DNA of 64,000 nucleotides from Eledone cirrhosa (taxonomy: Eukaryota): positions 33,666,001 through 33,730,000 of the forward strand of contig OZ024744.1 of assembly GCA_964016885.1 (NCBI GenBank), in the 5' to 3' direction. Shown piece after piece: positions 36,401 to 49,489 of the stretch (within the stretch, counting starts at the first letter, position 1; each line of letters begins with the position of its first letter). Below the pieces are notes generated by a model. The model made no database searches. It was not told the DNA's origin and saw only the letters and a list, made by a program, of their open reading frames with translations. The position numbers were made by a program, and so were the translations under genes.

Positions 36401-39400
36401 TGTGTTGGTAGTGATGGTGATGGTGATGGTAGTGATGGTGGTTGTGTTGGTAGTGATGGTGATGGTGATGGTAGTGATGGTGGTTGTGTTGGTAGTGATG
36501 GTGATGGTGATGGTAGTGATGGTGGTTGTGTTGGTAGTGATGGTGATGGTGATGGTGATGGTAGTGATGGTGGTTGTGTTGGTAGTGATGGTGATGGTGA
36601 TGGTAGTGATGGTGGTTGTGTTGGTAGTGATGGTGATGGTGATGGTAGTGATGGTGGTTGTGTTGGTAGTGATGGTGATGGTGATGGTAGTGATGGTGGT
36701 TGTGTTGGTAGTGATGGTGATGGTGATGGTAGTGATGGTGGTTGTGTTGGTAGTGATGGTGATGGTGATGGTGATGGTAGTGATGGTGGTTGTGTTGGTA
36801 GTGATGGTGATGGTGATGGTAGTGATGGTGGTTGTGTTGGTAGTGATGGTGATGGTGATGGTAGTAGTGGTGGTTGTGTTGGTAGTGATGGTGATGGTGA
36901 TGGTGATGGTAGTGATGGTGGTTGTGTTGGTAGTGATGGTGATGGTGATGGTAGTGATGGTGGTTGTGTTGGTAGTGATGGTGATGGTGATGGTAGTGAT
37001 GGTGGTTGTGTTGGTAGTGATGGTGATGGTGATGGTAGTAGTGGTGGTTGTGTTGGTAGTGATGGTGATGGTGATGGTGATGGTAGTGATGGTGGTTGTG
37101 TTGGTAGTGATGGTGATGGAGATGGTAGTGATGGTGATGGTGGTGGTAGTGATGGTGATGGTGATGGTAGTGATGGTGGTTGTGTTGGTAGTGATGGTGA
37201 TGGTGATGGTAGTAGTGGTGGTTGTGTTGGTAGTGATGGTGATGGTGATGGTGATGGTAGTGATGGTGGTTGTGTTGGTAGTGATGGTGATGGAGATGGT
37301 AGTGATGGTGATGGTGGTGGTAGTGATGGTGATGGTGATGGTAGTGATGGTGGTTGTGTTGGTAGTGATGGTGATGGTGATGGTAGTAGTGGTGGTTGTG
37401 TTGGTAGTGATGGTGATGGTGATGGTGATGGTAGTGATGGTGGTTGTGTTGGTAGTGATGGTGATGGAGATGGTAGTGATGGTGGTGGTGGTGGTAGTGA
37501 TGATGATGGTGATGGTAGTGATGGTGGTTGTGTTGGTAGTGATGGTGATGGTGATGGTAGTAGTGGTGGTTGTGTTGGTAGTAATGGTGATGGTGATGGT
37601 GATGGTAGTGATGGTGGTTGTGTTGGTAGTGATGGTGATGGTGATGGTAGTGATGGTGATGGTGATGGTAGTGATGGTGGTTGTGATGGTAGTGATGGTG
37701 TTGGTGATGGTAGTGATGGTGGTTGTGTTGGTAGTGATGGTGTTGGTGATGGTAGTAATGGTGATGGTGATGGTAGTGATGGTGGTTGTGTTGGTAGTAA
37801 TGGTGTTGGTGATGGTAGTGATGGTGGTTGTGTTGGTAGTGATGGTGTTGGTGATGGTAGTGATGGTGGTTGTGTTGGTAGTGATGGTGTTGGTGATGGT
37901 AGTGATGGTGATGGAGATGGTAGTGATGGTGATGGTGATGGTAGTGATGGTGGTTGTGTTGGTAGTGATGGTGTTGGTGATGGTAGTGATGGTGATGGTG
38001 ATGGTAGTGATGGTGGTTGTGTTGGTAGTGATGGTGTTGGTGATGGTAGTGATGGTGATGGTGATGGTAGTGATGGTGGTTGTGATGGTAGTAATGGTGA
38101 TGGAGATGGTAGTGATGGTGGTTGTGTTGGTAGTAATGGTGTTGGTGATGGTAGTGATGGTGATGGAGATGGTAGTGATGGTGGTTGTGTTGGTAGTGAT
38201 GGTGATGGTGATGGTAGTGATGGTGGTTGTGTTGGTAGTGATGGTGTTGGTGATGGTAGTGATGGTGATGGAGATGGTAGTGATGGTGGTTGTGTTGGTA
38301 GTGATGGTGATGGTGATGGTAGTGATGGTGGTTGTGTTGGTAGTGATGGTGTTGGTGATGGTAGTGATGGTGATGGAGATGGTAGTGATGGTGGTTGTGT
38401 TGGTAGTGATGGTGATGGTGATGGTAGTGATGGTGTTGGTGATGGTAGTGATGGTGATGGAGATGGTAGTGATGGTGGTTGTGTTGGTAGTAATGGTGAT
38501 GGTGATGGTAGTGATGGTGTTGGTGATGGTAGTGATGGTGGTTGTGTTGGTAGTGATGGTGGTTGTGTTGGTAGTGATGGTGTTGGTGATGGTAGTGATG
38601 GTGGTTGTGTTGGTAGTGATGGTGATGGTGATGGTAGTGATGGTGTTGGTGATGGTAGTGATGGTGGTTGTGTTGGTAGTGATGGTGGTTGTGTTGGTAG
38701 TGATGGTGTTGGTGATGGTAGTGATGGTGATGGAGATGGTAGTGATGGTGGTTGTGTTGGTAGTGATGGTGGTTGTGTTGGTAGTGATGGTGATGGTGAT
38801 GGAGATGGTAGTGATGGTGTTGGTGATGGTAGTGATGGTGATGGTGATGGTAGTGGTGGTGGTTGTGTTGGTAGTGATGGTGATGCTGATGGTGATGGTA
38901 GTGATGGTGGTTGTGTTGGTAGTAATGGTGGTTGTGTTGGTAGTGATGGTGATGGTGATGGTAGTGATGGTGATGGAGATGGTAGTGATGGTGGTTGTGA
39001 TGGTAGTGATGGTGATGGTGATGGTAGTGATGGTGGTTGTGTTGGTAGTGATGGTGGTTGTGTTGGTAGTGATGGTGATGGTGATGGTAGTGATGGTGAT
39101 GGAGATGGTAGTGATGGTGGTGGAGATGTTAGTGATGGTGATGGTGATGGTAGTGATGGTGGTTGTGTTGGTAGTGATGGTGATGGAGATGGTAGTGATG
39201 GTGGTTGTGATGGTAGTGATGGTGTTGGTGATGGTAGTGATGGTGGTTGTGTTGGTAGTGATGGTGTTGGTGATGGTGGTTGTGTTGGTAGTGATGGTGA
39301 TGGTGATAGTAGTGATGGTGGTTGTGTTGGTAGTGATGGTGGTTGTGAAGGTAGTGATGGTGGTTGTGTTGGTAGTAATGGTGATGGTGATGGTAGTGAT

Positions 39401-42400
39401 GGTGATGGTGATGGTAGTGATGGTGATGGTGATGGTAGTGATGGTGGTTGTGTTGGTAGTAATGGTGGTTGTGATGGTAGTGATGGTGGTTGTGTTGGTA
39501 GTGATGGTGGTTGTGAAGGTAGTGATGGTGGTTGTGTTGGTAGTGATGGTGATGGTGATGGTAGTGATGGTGATGGAGATGGTAGTGATGGTGGTTGTGA
39601 TGGTAGTGATGGTGGTTGTGTTGGTAGTGATGGTGGTTGTGTTGGTAGTGATGGTGGTTGTGTTGGTAGTGATGGTGATGGTGATGGTAGTGATGGTGGT
39701 TGTGTTGGTAGTAATGGTGTTGGAGATGGTAGTGATGGTGGTTGTGATGGTAGTGATGGTGGTTGTGTTGGTAGTGATGGTGGTTGTGTTGGTAGTGATG
39801 GTGGTTGTGATGGTAGTGATGGTGTTGGAGATGGTAGTGATGGTGATGGTGATGGTGATGGTAGTGATGGTGGTTGTGATGGTAGTGATGGTGGTGGAGA
39901 TGGTATTGATGGTGGTTGTGTTGGTAGTGATGGTGTTGGTGATGGTAGTGATGGTGATGGTGATGGTAGTGATGGTGGTTGTGTTGGTAGTGATGGTGAT
40001 GGTGATGGTAGTGATGGTGTTGGTAGTAATGGTGATGGTGATGGTGATGGTAGTGATGGTGGTTGTGTTGGTAGTGATGGTGATGGTGATGGTAGTGATG
40101 GTGGTTGTGTTGGTAGTAATGGTGGTTGTGATGGTAGTGATGGTGTTGGTAGTGATGGTGGTTGTGTTGGTAGTGGTGGTGTTGGTGATGGTAATGATGG
40201 TGGTTGTGTTGGTAGTGATGGTGATGGTGATGGTAGTGATGGTGATGGAGATGGTAGTGATGGTGATGGTGATGGTAGTGATGGTGGTTGTGTTGGTAGT
40301 GATGGTGGTTGTGTTGGTAGTAATGGTGATGGAGATGGTAGTGATGGTGGTTGTGTTGGTGATGGTAGTGATGGTGATGGTGATGGTAGTGATGGTGGTT
40401 GTGTTGGTAGTGATGGTGATGGTGATGGTAGTGATGGTGGTTGTGTTGGTAGTGATGGTGATGGAGATGGTAGTGATGGTGGTTGTGTTGGTAGTGATGG
40501 TGATGGTGATGGTAGTGATGGTGGTTGTGTTGGTAGTGATGGTGTTGGTGATGGTAGTGATGGTGGTTGTGTTGGTAGTGATGGTGATGGAGATGGTAGT
40601 GATGGTGGTTGTGTTGGTAGTGATGGTGATGGTGATGGTAGTGATGGTGGTTGTGTTGGTAGTGATGGTGATGGTGATGGTAGTGATGGTGGTTGTGTTG
40701 GTAGTGATGGTGATGGTGATGGTAGTGATGGTGGTTGTGTTGGTAGTGATGGTGGTTGTGTTGGTAGTGATGGTGATGGTGATGGTAGTGATGGTGGTTG
40801 TGTTGGTAGTGATGGTGGTTGTGTTGGTAGTGATGGTGATGGTGATGGTAGTGATGGTGGTGGAGATGGTAGTGATGGTGATGGTGATGGTAGTGATGGT
40901 GGTTTTGTTGGTAGTGATGGTGATGGTGATGGTAGTGATGGTGATGGTGATGGTAGTGATGGTGGTTGTGTTGGTAGTGATGGTGATGGTGATGGTGGTG
41001 GTAGTGATGATGATGGTGATGGTAGTGATGGTGGTTGTGTTGGTAGTGATGGTGGTTGTGTTGGTAGTGATGGTGATGGTGATGGTGGTTGTGATGGTAG
41101 TGATGGTGATGGAGATGGTAGTGATGGTGATGGTGATGGTGGTGGTAGTGATGATGATGGTGATGGTAGTGATGGTGGTTGTGTTGGTAGTGATGGTGGT
41201 TGTGTTGGTAGTGATGGTGATGGTGATGGTAGTGATGGTGGTTGTGTTGGTAGTGATGGTGGTTGTGTTGGTAGTGATGGTGATGGTGATGGTAGTGATG
41301 GTGGTTGTGTTGGTAGTGATGGTGGTTGTGTTGGTAGTGATGGTGATGGTGATGGTAGTGATGGTGGTTGTGTTGGTAGTGATGGTGTTGGTGATGGTAG
41401 TGATGGTGATGGTGATGGTAGTGATGGTGATGGAGATGGTAGTGATGGTATTGGTGATGGTAGTGATGGTGGTTGTGTTGGTAGTGATGGTGTTGGTGAT
41501 GGTAGTGATGGTGATGGAGATGGTAGTGATGGTGATGGTGATGGTAGTGATGGTGTTGGTGATGGTAGTGATGGTGGTTGTGTTGGTAGTGATGGTGATG
41601 GTGGTTGTGATGGTGGTTGTGTTGGTAGTGATGGTGGTTGTGTTGGTAGTGATGGTGATGGTGATGGTAGTGATGGTGTTGGTGGTTGTGATGGTGGTTG
41701 TGTTGGTAGTGATGGTGATGGAGATGGTAGTGATGGTGATGGTGATGGTAGTGATGGTGGTTGTGTTGGTAGTGATGGTGGTTGTGTTGGTAGTGATGGT
41801 GATGGTGATGGTAGTGATGGTGATGGTGATGGTAGTGATGGTGGTTGTGTTGGTAGTGATGGTGGTTGTGTTGGTAGTGATGGTGGTTGTGTTGGTAGTG
41901 ATGGTGATGGTGATGGTAGTGATGGTGGTTGTGTTGGTAGTGATGGTGATGGTGATGGTAGTGATGGTGATGGTGATGGTAGTGATGGTGGTTGTGTTGG
42001 TAGTGATGGTGGTTGTGTTGGTAGTGATGGTGGTTGTGTTGGTAGTGATGGTGATGGTGATGGTAGTGATGGTGATGGTGATGGTAGTGATGGTGATGGT
42101 GATGGTAGTGATGGTGGTTGTGTTGGTAGTAATGGTGGTTGTGTTGGTAGTGATGGTGGTTGTGTTGGTAGTGATGGTGATGGTGATGGTAGTGATGGTG
42201 GTTGTGTTGGTAGTGATGGTGTTGGTGATGGTAGTGATGGTGGTTGTGTTGGTAGTGATGGTGATGGTGATGGTAGTGATGGTGGTTGTGTTGGTAGTGA
42301 TGGTGGTTGTGTTGGTAGTGATGGTGATGGTGATGGTAGTGATGGTGGTTGTGTTGGTAGTGATGGTGGTTGTGTTGGTAGTGATGGTGATGGTGATGGT

Positions 42401-44580
42401 AGTGATGGTGGTTGTGTTGGTAGTGATGGTGTTGGTGATGGTAGTGATGGTGATGGTGATGGTAGTGATGGTGGTTGTGTTGGTAGTGATGGTGGTTGTT
42501 GGTAGTGATGGTGATGGTGATGGTAGTGATGGTGGTTGTGTTGGTAGTAATGGTGTTGGTGATGGTAGTGATGGTGGTTGTGTTGGTAGTGATGGTGATG
42601 GTGATGGTAGTGATGGTGGTTGTGTTGGTAGTAATGGTGTTGGTGATGGTAGTGATGGTGATGGAGATGGTAGTGATGGTGGTTGTGTTGGTAGTGATGG
42701 TGGTTGTGTTGGTAGTAATGGTGATGGTGATGGTAGTGATGGTGGTTGTGTTGGTAGTGATGGTGGTTGTGTTGGTAGTGATGGTGGTTGTGTTGGTAGT
42801 GATGGTGATGGTGATGGTAGTGATGGTGGTTGTGTTGGTAGTAATGGTGGTTGTGATGGTAGTAATGGTGGTTGTGTTGGTAGTGATGGTGTTGGTGATG
42901 GTAGTGATGGTGGTTGTGTAGGTAGTGATGGTGTTGGTGATGGTAGTGATGGTGTTGGTGATGGTAGTGATGGTGATGGTGATGGTAGTGATGGTGGTTG
43001 TGTTGGTAGTAATGGTGATGGAGATGGTATTGATGGTGGTTGTGTTGGTAGTGATGGTGATGGTGATGGTAGTGATGGTGTTGGTGATGGTAGTGATGGT
43101 GATGGTGATGGTAGTGATGGTGGTTGTGTTGGTAGTAATGGTGATGGAGATGGTAGTGATGGTGGTTGTGTTGGTAGTGATGGTGGTTGTGTTGGTAGTG
43201 ATGGTGTTGGTGATGGTAGTGATGGTGGTTGTGATGGTAGTGATGGTGATGGTGATGGTAGTGATGGTGGTTGTGTTGGTAGTGATGGTGATGGTGATGG
43301 TGATGGTAGTGATGGTGGTTGTGTTGGTAGTGTTGGTGTTGGTGATGGTAGTGATGGTGGTTGTGTTGGTAGTGATGGTGTTGGTGATGGTAGTGATGGT
43401 GGTTGTGTTGGTAGTGATGGTGATGGTGATGGTAGTGATGGTGTTGGTGATGGTAGTGATGGTGATGGTGATGGTAGTGATGGTGGTTGTGTTGGTAGTA
43501 ATGGTGATGGTGATGGTAGTGATGGTGTTGGTGATGGTAGTGATGGTGGTTGTGTTGGTAGTGATGGTGATGGTGATGGTGATGGTAGTGATGGTGGTTG
43601 TGTTGGTAGTGATGGTGGTTGTGTTGGTAGTAATGGTGATGGTGATGGTAGTGATGGTGGTTGTGTTGGTAGTAATGGTGTTGGTGATGGTAGTGATGGT
43701 GGTTGTGTTGGTAGTGATGGTGATGGTGATGGTGATGGTAGTGATGGTGGTAGTGTTGGTAGTGATGGTGTTGGTGATGGTAGTGATGGTGGTTGTGTTG
43801 GTAGTGATGGTGATGGAGATGGTAGTGATGGTGTTGGTGATGGTAGTGATGGTGGTTGTGTTGGTAGTGATGGTGATGGAGATGGTAGTGATGGTGATGG
43901 TAGTGATGGTGATGGTGATGGTAGTGATGGTGATGGTGATGGTAGTGATGGTGATGGAGATGGTAGTGATGCTGGTTGTGTTGGTAGTGATGGTGATGGT
44001 GATGGTAGTGATGGTGGTTGTGTTGGTAGTGATGGTGATGGTGATGGTAGTGATGGTGTTGGTAGTAATGGTGATGGTGATGGTGATGGTAGTGATGGTG
44101 GTTGTGATGGTAGTGATGGTGGTGGAGATGGTAGTGATGGTGGTTGTGTTGGTAGTGATGGTGATGGTGATGGTAGTGATGGTGTTGGTAGTAATGGTGA
44201 TGGTGATGGTGATGGTAGTGATGGTGGTTGTGATGGTAGTGATGGTGGTGGAGATGGTATTGATGGTGGTTGTGTTGGTAGTGATGGTGATGGAGATGGT
44301 AGTGATGGTGGTTGTGTTGGTAGTGATGGCGGTGGAGATGGTAGTGATGGTGGTTGTGTTGGTAGTGATGGTGATGGTGATGGTAGTGATGGTGATGGAG
44401 ATGGTAGTGATGGTGTTGGAGATAGTATTGATGGTGGTTGTGTTGGTTGTGGTAGTGATGGTATTGATGGTGGTTGTGTCGGTTGTGGTAGTGATGGTAT
44501 TGATGGTGGTTGTGTTGGTTGTGGTAGTGATTGTGGTGGTGATGGATGTGATGGTAGTGATGGTGGTGGTGGTGATGGCA
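33490..44580. repeat. ~11-kb G/T-rich minisatellite built from 21-bp units, with degenerate (GGT)n edges
   Basis: Units A GGTAGTGATGGTGGTTGTGTT, B GGTAGTGATGGTGATGGTGAT (plus a 27-bp variant) and C GGTAGTGATGGTGTTGGTGAT; regular from ~34320 to 44420. Confidence 0.95.
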
Positions 44581-44983
44581 TTGAGTGGTTATATCGGTGG
44601 TATGTTTGTGGACGAAATGGGGTGATTGTAGTGATGTTTTCGTTTCTATTTATATTTTATTGGTGAATGGGTGGATGGGAGGGGGGGGGGTTGGTTAAGG
44701 CCTTTTATGGGGAGCGGTGGAAGGGTACAGTTTCGGAAATGGAATGAAGGATGTAAGGACTGTGTATTGTAGAGATCTGCTATTGGTGTTATTGTTGTTG
44801 TTGTTGTATAACCCTAGGTCAGCACTAATGGGTTAAACCTATAATCCAATAATATAATTTAGCTACGATCATCCGGTTTCTTTTTTTCGTAATTTACATA
44901 GTTTATCTCAGGCTATATATATACACGCACACAGAGAGACACAAACACACACAAGCACACATATACATGTATATATGTATATA

Positions 44984-45093
<110 letters not shown>

Positions 45094-45170
45094 AAAAAAA
45101 GGAAAAAAAATATTTTTCTTCATAATGATCGTCTGTTTCTCCCTATTTTCATATATATATATATATATAT

Positions 45171-45366
45171 ATAGGAAAATGTTTAACCCCGACGGCAGAG
45201 CTCAAGCCGTTTCGACGGCTATTTATGGACGGCCGTCGAAACGGCTTAAGTTCTGACGTCGGGGCTAAATATTTTCCTATTACCCATTCTACTACCCTAA
45301 GTATTGAGTACTCAGGTGCGTTATGGTCCATCTGGTTCCTTACCACTCTTCCGTCAACTACTTATT
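45171..45366 (+). mobile_element. Short fold-back element (45171-45280 palindrome plus tail) carrying the 3' half of a hammerhead, in (TA)n
   Basis: ATAGGAAAATGTTTAACCCC pairs with GGGGCTAAATATTTTCCTAT. The left arm on - reads GAAAC-GGC-TTGAGCTCT-GCC-GTC. Confidence 0.75.
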
Positions 45367-45469
45367 ATATATATAATATACACATACATATATCTATATA
45401 TATATATATATACACATACATATATCTATATATATCTATCTATATATATATGGTGGCTGCCAACTCGTT

Positions 45470-46045
45470 TTCGAGTACGGCCACTACTTTATATCCATGT
45501 AGGAGAACCCTACCGTTGCGCTGAACGAGTGTGACTTTTTAGTCCACCCAGCGACTTGAAAACTCTGGTACAAACACTACACTTGTGACAATTATTGACA
45601 CATAGTGCTGGGCGCATGGTACCATGTGACGACAAGTGCAGAGAGATCTCCAGATATAAAGCAATGCCTGTGCCGTGGAGCTTTTATAGTGAGCAAAGGC
45701 ACTGCACAAAGCCAGTCCCACTCTCTTAACCAAGATGATATTTACCTAAAAGAAGAACAAGTCAACATCATTGGATACCATCAGGGTTGCAGGTGTTATA
45801 TCAGAGTTTTCCTTCTCCTAGAATTCTGCCTTGACAAAGGCTAAGGGGTCATCTCTCCCGGTGATTTTGGATGGCCATTGACTCTTAAGAGCTCCTTTGA
45901 CATTTGACAGGTTTTGTTTTTAGTCCTGCAGGATGTCTAAAGTCACCCTCCTCACTAAGAAACCTTGGTGGGGTTGCCATTTAGTCGCCAACGACCCGAC
46001 CATGTACTGTGATACATGTTACCAGTAGCACCAACTGGTGACCTG
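45470..46045 (-). mobile_element. Possible LINE (RTE-like) 5' UTR remnant
   Basis: The - strand motifs GGCGACTAAATGGCAACCC and CTAGGAGAAGGAAAACTCTGA resemble RTE-type leaders from memory; there is no ORF support. Confidence 0.3.
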
Positions 46046-46352
46046 ACATATATATATAGTACTCCCTCCCTCCTAAATCTCTCATTTTGCATGTTGAATT
46101 ATTATTATTCATCTGTTACCTCAGTTGCCTCTCATTTTTCACCTCCTCACTGTTTTTCTCTCTCCCATATCTCTCTCTATCTCTCTCTGCTTTTCTTTAC
46201 ATACATTTACTCCTTCTCTCCGTCTTTCTTTTCTAACTGTACTTAACACTAAATATTTACAAACATTTCACTACCAAACCAACTTTTTTAAATGGAAGTT
46301 GTTCAAAATTCTATGGTACGTCAAATTTATTTATAAAACTGCTTATATATTG

Positions 46353-46419
46353 TATTATATCTGAAGAAGGCATGCCATTTTTTTTAATATGGTATCCCTG
46401 AAATATGTATAATGAAATA
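46353..46419 (+). ncRNA. Solo minimal type-I hammerhead ribozyme (probable pLTR remnant)
   Basis: TATTATAT-CTGAAGA-AGGCATGCCAT..ATGGTATCCCT-GAAA-TATGTA-TA-ATGAAATA; same stem III as family A; (TA)n begins ~40 bp downstream. Confidence 0.72.
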
Positions 46420-46459
46420 AATATGGTTTTATAAATATAGTTTCCATTTGTTTAATATC

Positions 46460-46542
<83 letters not shown>

Positions 46543-46562
46543 CATATATCTATATATATCTA

Positions 46563-46593
<31 letters not shown>

Positions 46594-46626
46594 TGTACAA
46601 GAAAGATATTGGATTATAAATATACG

Positions 46627-47420
46627 ATGATGATAGTAGTGGTGGTGGTGGTAGTGGTGGTGGTAGTGGTGGTGGTGGTAGAGGTGGTGGTGGTGGTGGT
46701 GGTGGTGGTGGTAGTGGTGGTGGTGTTGTTGTTGTTGTTGGTGGTGGTGGCGGTAGTGGTGGTGGTGGGGTTGTTGTTGGTGGTGGTGGTAGTGGTAGTG
46801 GTGTTGTTGTTGTTGGTAGTGGTGGTGGTAGTGGTGGTGGTGGTGGTGGTGGTGGTGGTGGTAGTGGTGGTGGGGGTTGTGGTGGTGGTAGTGGTGGTTG
46901 CGGTGGTGGTGGTAGTGGTGGTGGTGGTGGTGGTTGTGTCGGTGGTAGTTGTGGTGGTGGTGGTGGTGGTGGTGATGGTGGTAGTGGTGGTGGTGGTGGT
47001 GGTGGTGATGGTGGTGTTGTTGTTGTTGGTAGTGGTGGTGTTAGTGGTGGTGGTGGTGGTGGTGTTGTTGTTGGTAGTGGTGGTGGTGGTAGTGGTGGTG
47101 GTGGTGTTGTTGTTTATGTTGTTGGTGGTGGTGGTGGTAATGGTGGTGGTGGTGTTGTTGTTGGTGGTTGTGGTGGTGGTGGTGTAGTTGTTGTTGGTAG
47201 TGGTGGTAGTGGTGGTGATGCTGGTGGTGGTAGTGTTGTTGTTGTTGGTAGTGGTGGTGGTGGTGGTGGTGGTGATGGTGGTCTGGTTTTTGTTGGTAGT
47301 GGTGGTGGTAGTGGTGGTGGTGGTGGTGGTGGTGGTGATGGAGTTGTTGTTGTTGTTGGTGGTGGTGGTGATGGAGGTGTTGTTGTTGTTGTTGTTAGTA
47401 GTAGTGGTGGTGGTAGTAGC
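46627..47420. repeat. (GGT/GTT/GTA)n degenerate trinucleotide repeat
   Basis: Visible; the poly-V and poly-T ORFs over it are artefacts. Confidence 0.93.
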
Positions 47421-47624
47421 GGTCGTCATCGTCGAATTTCGGTCGAGAATAAGTTTTGATGAGGGAAGAGAATTCGCGGTTGTTGAAGGGTCGTGATCGT
47501 TTATTGTTGAGTAAGGAACTGGGGTTACTGGGACGGGGGTGGTACGCAGATGCCAAACGGGTGGAGAAACGATTGGTGGGTTATAAATTAGGGGAGTGAA
47601 GATGACAGCGACTAGTGTCAGCCA

Positions 47625-48026
47625 GCGTGTGTGAGCGCGTGTACGTGCGTGTGCGTATGAGAGAGAGAGAGAGAGAGAGACAGGGTAAGAGTGTGTAATA
47701 ACGCACGTCTGGTTTAGAGAGAGGGGGAGGGAGAGCGTGTGTTGTGGTGTATATTGAAGAGTGAAAGAGAAGAAATTGTAAGGGTGTATGAGTGGACGTG
47801 TGTGAGGATAACGGTGTGTGTGTGGAAGCGTAGGTACAGGGTGTGGGTGTGTGTATGACAGAGCGTAAACGCGCATGTGTGTGTGTGAGAGAGAGAGAGA
47901 GAGAGTGAGTGTGTGTGTATGTGTGTATGATGACGGAAGGATGAGTGCAGATGTGAACAGTGTGTGTGTGTATGACAGAGCGGAAATGTGTGAGTGCGTG
48001 TGTGTGTGTATGTGTGTGTGTGCGTA

Positions 48027-48057
<31 letters not shown>

Positions 48058-48345
48058 AAGAACGAAAGAGAGATAGAGAGAGAGAGGGTGTGTAAATGTG
48101 TGATAGAGAGAGAGAGAGAGAAAGAGAGAGAGAGGGTGTGCATGTGTGTGAGTATAATGACGGAACGATGCGTGCACGTGTGTACGGTGTGTGTGTATGA
48201 CAGAGCGGAAATGTGTGTGTATGTGTGTGTGTGAGAGAGTGAGTAAGTGTAAGTTTGAGTGTCAGAGAGAGTGTGTGTATGATGACGGAACGGTGAGTGC
48301 ACGTGTGCATGTGTGTGCATGTGTGTGTGTGTGTGTGTGTGTGTG
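47625..48345. repeat. (GT)/(GA)-rich degenerate tandem repeat
   Basis: TATGACAGAGCGGAAATGTGTG and TATGATGACGGAACG blocks recur among dinucleotide runs. Confidence 0.75.
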
Positions 48346-48442
48346 CCTGTGAAAGTATGATAAAAGAATGAAACTGAAAATGTGTCTCTATATTATATAT
48401 ATACACACACATATGTATATATACCTGTACTCTCAATAGCGA

Positions 48443-48785
48443 TTATATATGAGGGTGTATATATAGTATATATATTGTATATGTAGTATATATATTGTAT
48501 ATGAGGGAGTATATATTATATATATTGTATATGAGGGTGTATATATAGTATATATATATTGTATATATAGTATATATATCGTATATGAGGGTGTATATAT
48601 AGTATATATATATAGTATATATATATAGTATATATATTATATATATTGTATATGAGGGTGTATATATAGTATACATATATATATATATAGTATATATATT
48701 GTATATGAGGGTGTATATATAGTATACATATATATATATATAGTATATATATTGTATATGAGGGTGTATATATAGTATATATATC
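48443..48785. repeat. AT-rich minisatellite (core ATTGTATATGAGGGTGTATATATAGTAT)
   Basis: About 7 variable-length copies. Confidence 0.85.
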
Positions 48786-48849
48786 TAATCATGGAGAAGA
48801 ACCGGGTGTTGATATTTTGAACGTATACAGCAACTCATCAGTGTGACAC

Positions 48850-49350
48850 CTACATAACCACACTGTAATGTGGTTATGTAGGTGTCACGACAAAAATGCA
48901 CCCACCTACACTGTAATGTGGCTATGTAAGTGTCACGACAAAAAAGCACCCACCCACACTGTAAAATTGAGGTGTAGGGGTGATGACAAAAAGCACCCAG
49001 TAACCACTGTAATGTGGCTATGTAGGTGTCACGACAATAAAAATCATCCAGTCCACACTGTAAAGTGGTTGTGTAGGTGTCGCGACAAAAAGCACCCAGT
49101 CCATACTGTACAGTTGTTATGTAGGTGTCACGACAAAAAACACCCAGTACTCACTGCAAAGTGGACGTGTAGGTGTCACGAGAAAAAGTACCCAGTAAAT
49201 GTGGTTGGCGTTAGGAAAGACATCCAACTGCAGGAATCTAGCCAGATATATGAGCAAGACGCGGTCACCTGACTCAACTTGCCTCAAATGGGTCAATCCG
49301 TCTAATCCATGCTAACGGGGAAAGTGGACGTTAAACGATGATGATGATGA
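48850..49350 (+). mobile_element. SINE-like 3' half with a tandemly amplified ~48-bp internal segment and (GAT)n tail
   Basis: Seven units of GTAGGTGTCACGACAAAAA.CACCCA..CACTGTAA.GTGG run into GTGGTTGGCGTTAGGAAAGACATCC...GGACGTTAAACGATGATGATGAT. Confidence 0.7.
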
Positions 49351-49489
49351 TATTTGTTTGAACAAATGGATAGAAATAGGAATTAGTGATTTAGCGAACA
49401 GATGTATATGTAGCTGGATGGCTAACAGGATGTTTGGGTGATTAGCAAATATAAATAAATGGATGGATGGATGTGTGGATGGGTAAATC

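Noticed and set aside
33492-44666. 3724-aa and 3639-aa ORFs as genes
   Set aside because: They are stop-free because of GGT/GAT triplet composition, are open on both strands, switch amino-acid character at indels and contain no domain.
48800-48850. Hammerhead on the - strand (CTGATGA-GTTG..CAAC)
   Set aside because: No GAAA follows the putative stem II; at best a truncated remnant.
48850-49200. CRISPR-like array
   Set aside because: The units are contiguous degenerate tandem repeats with no unique spacers, in a eukaryotic context with no cas genes.
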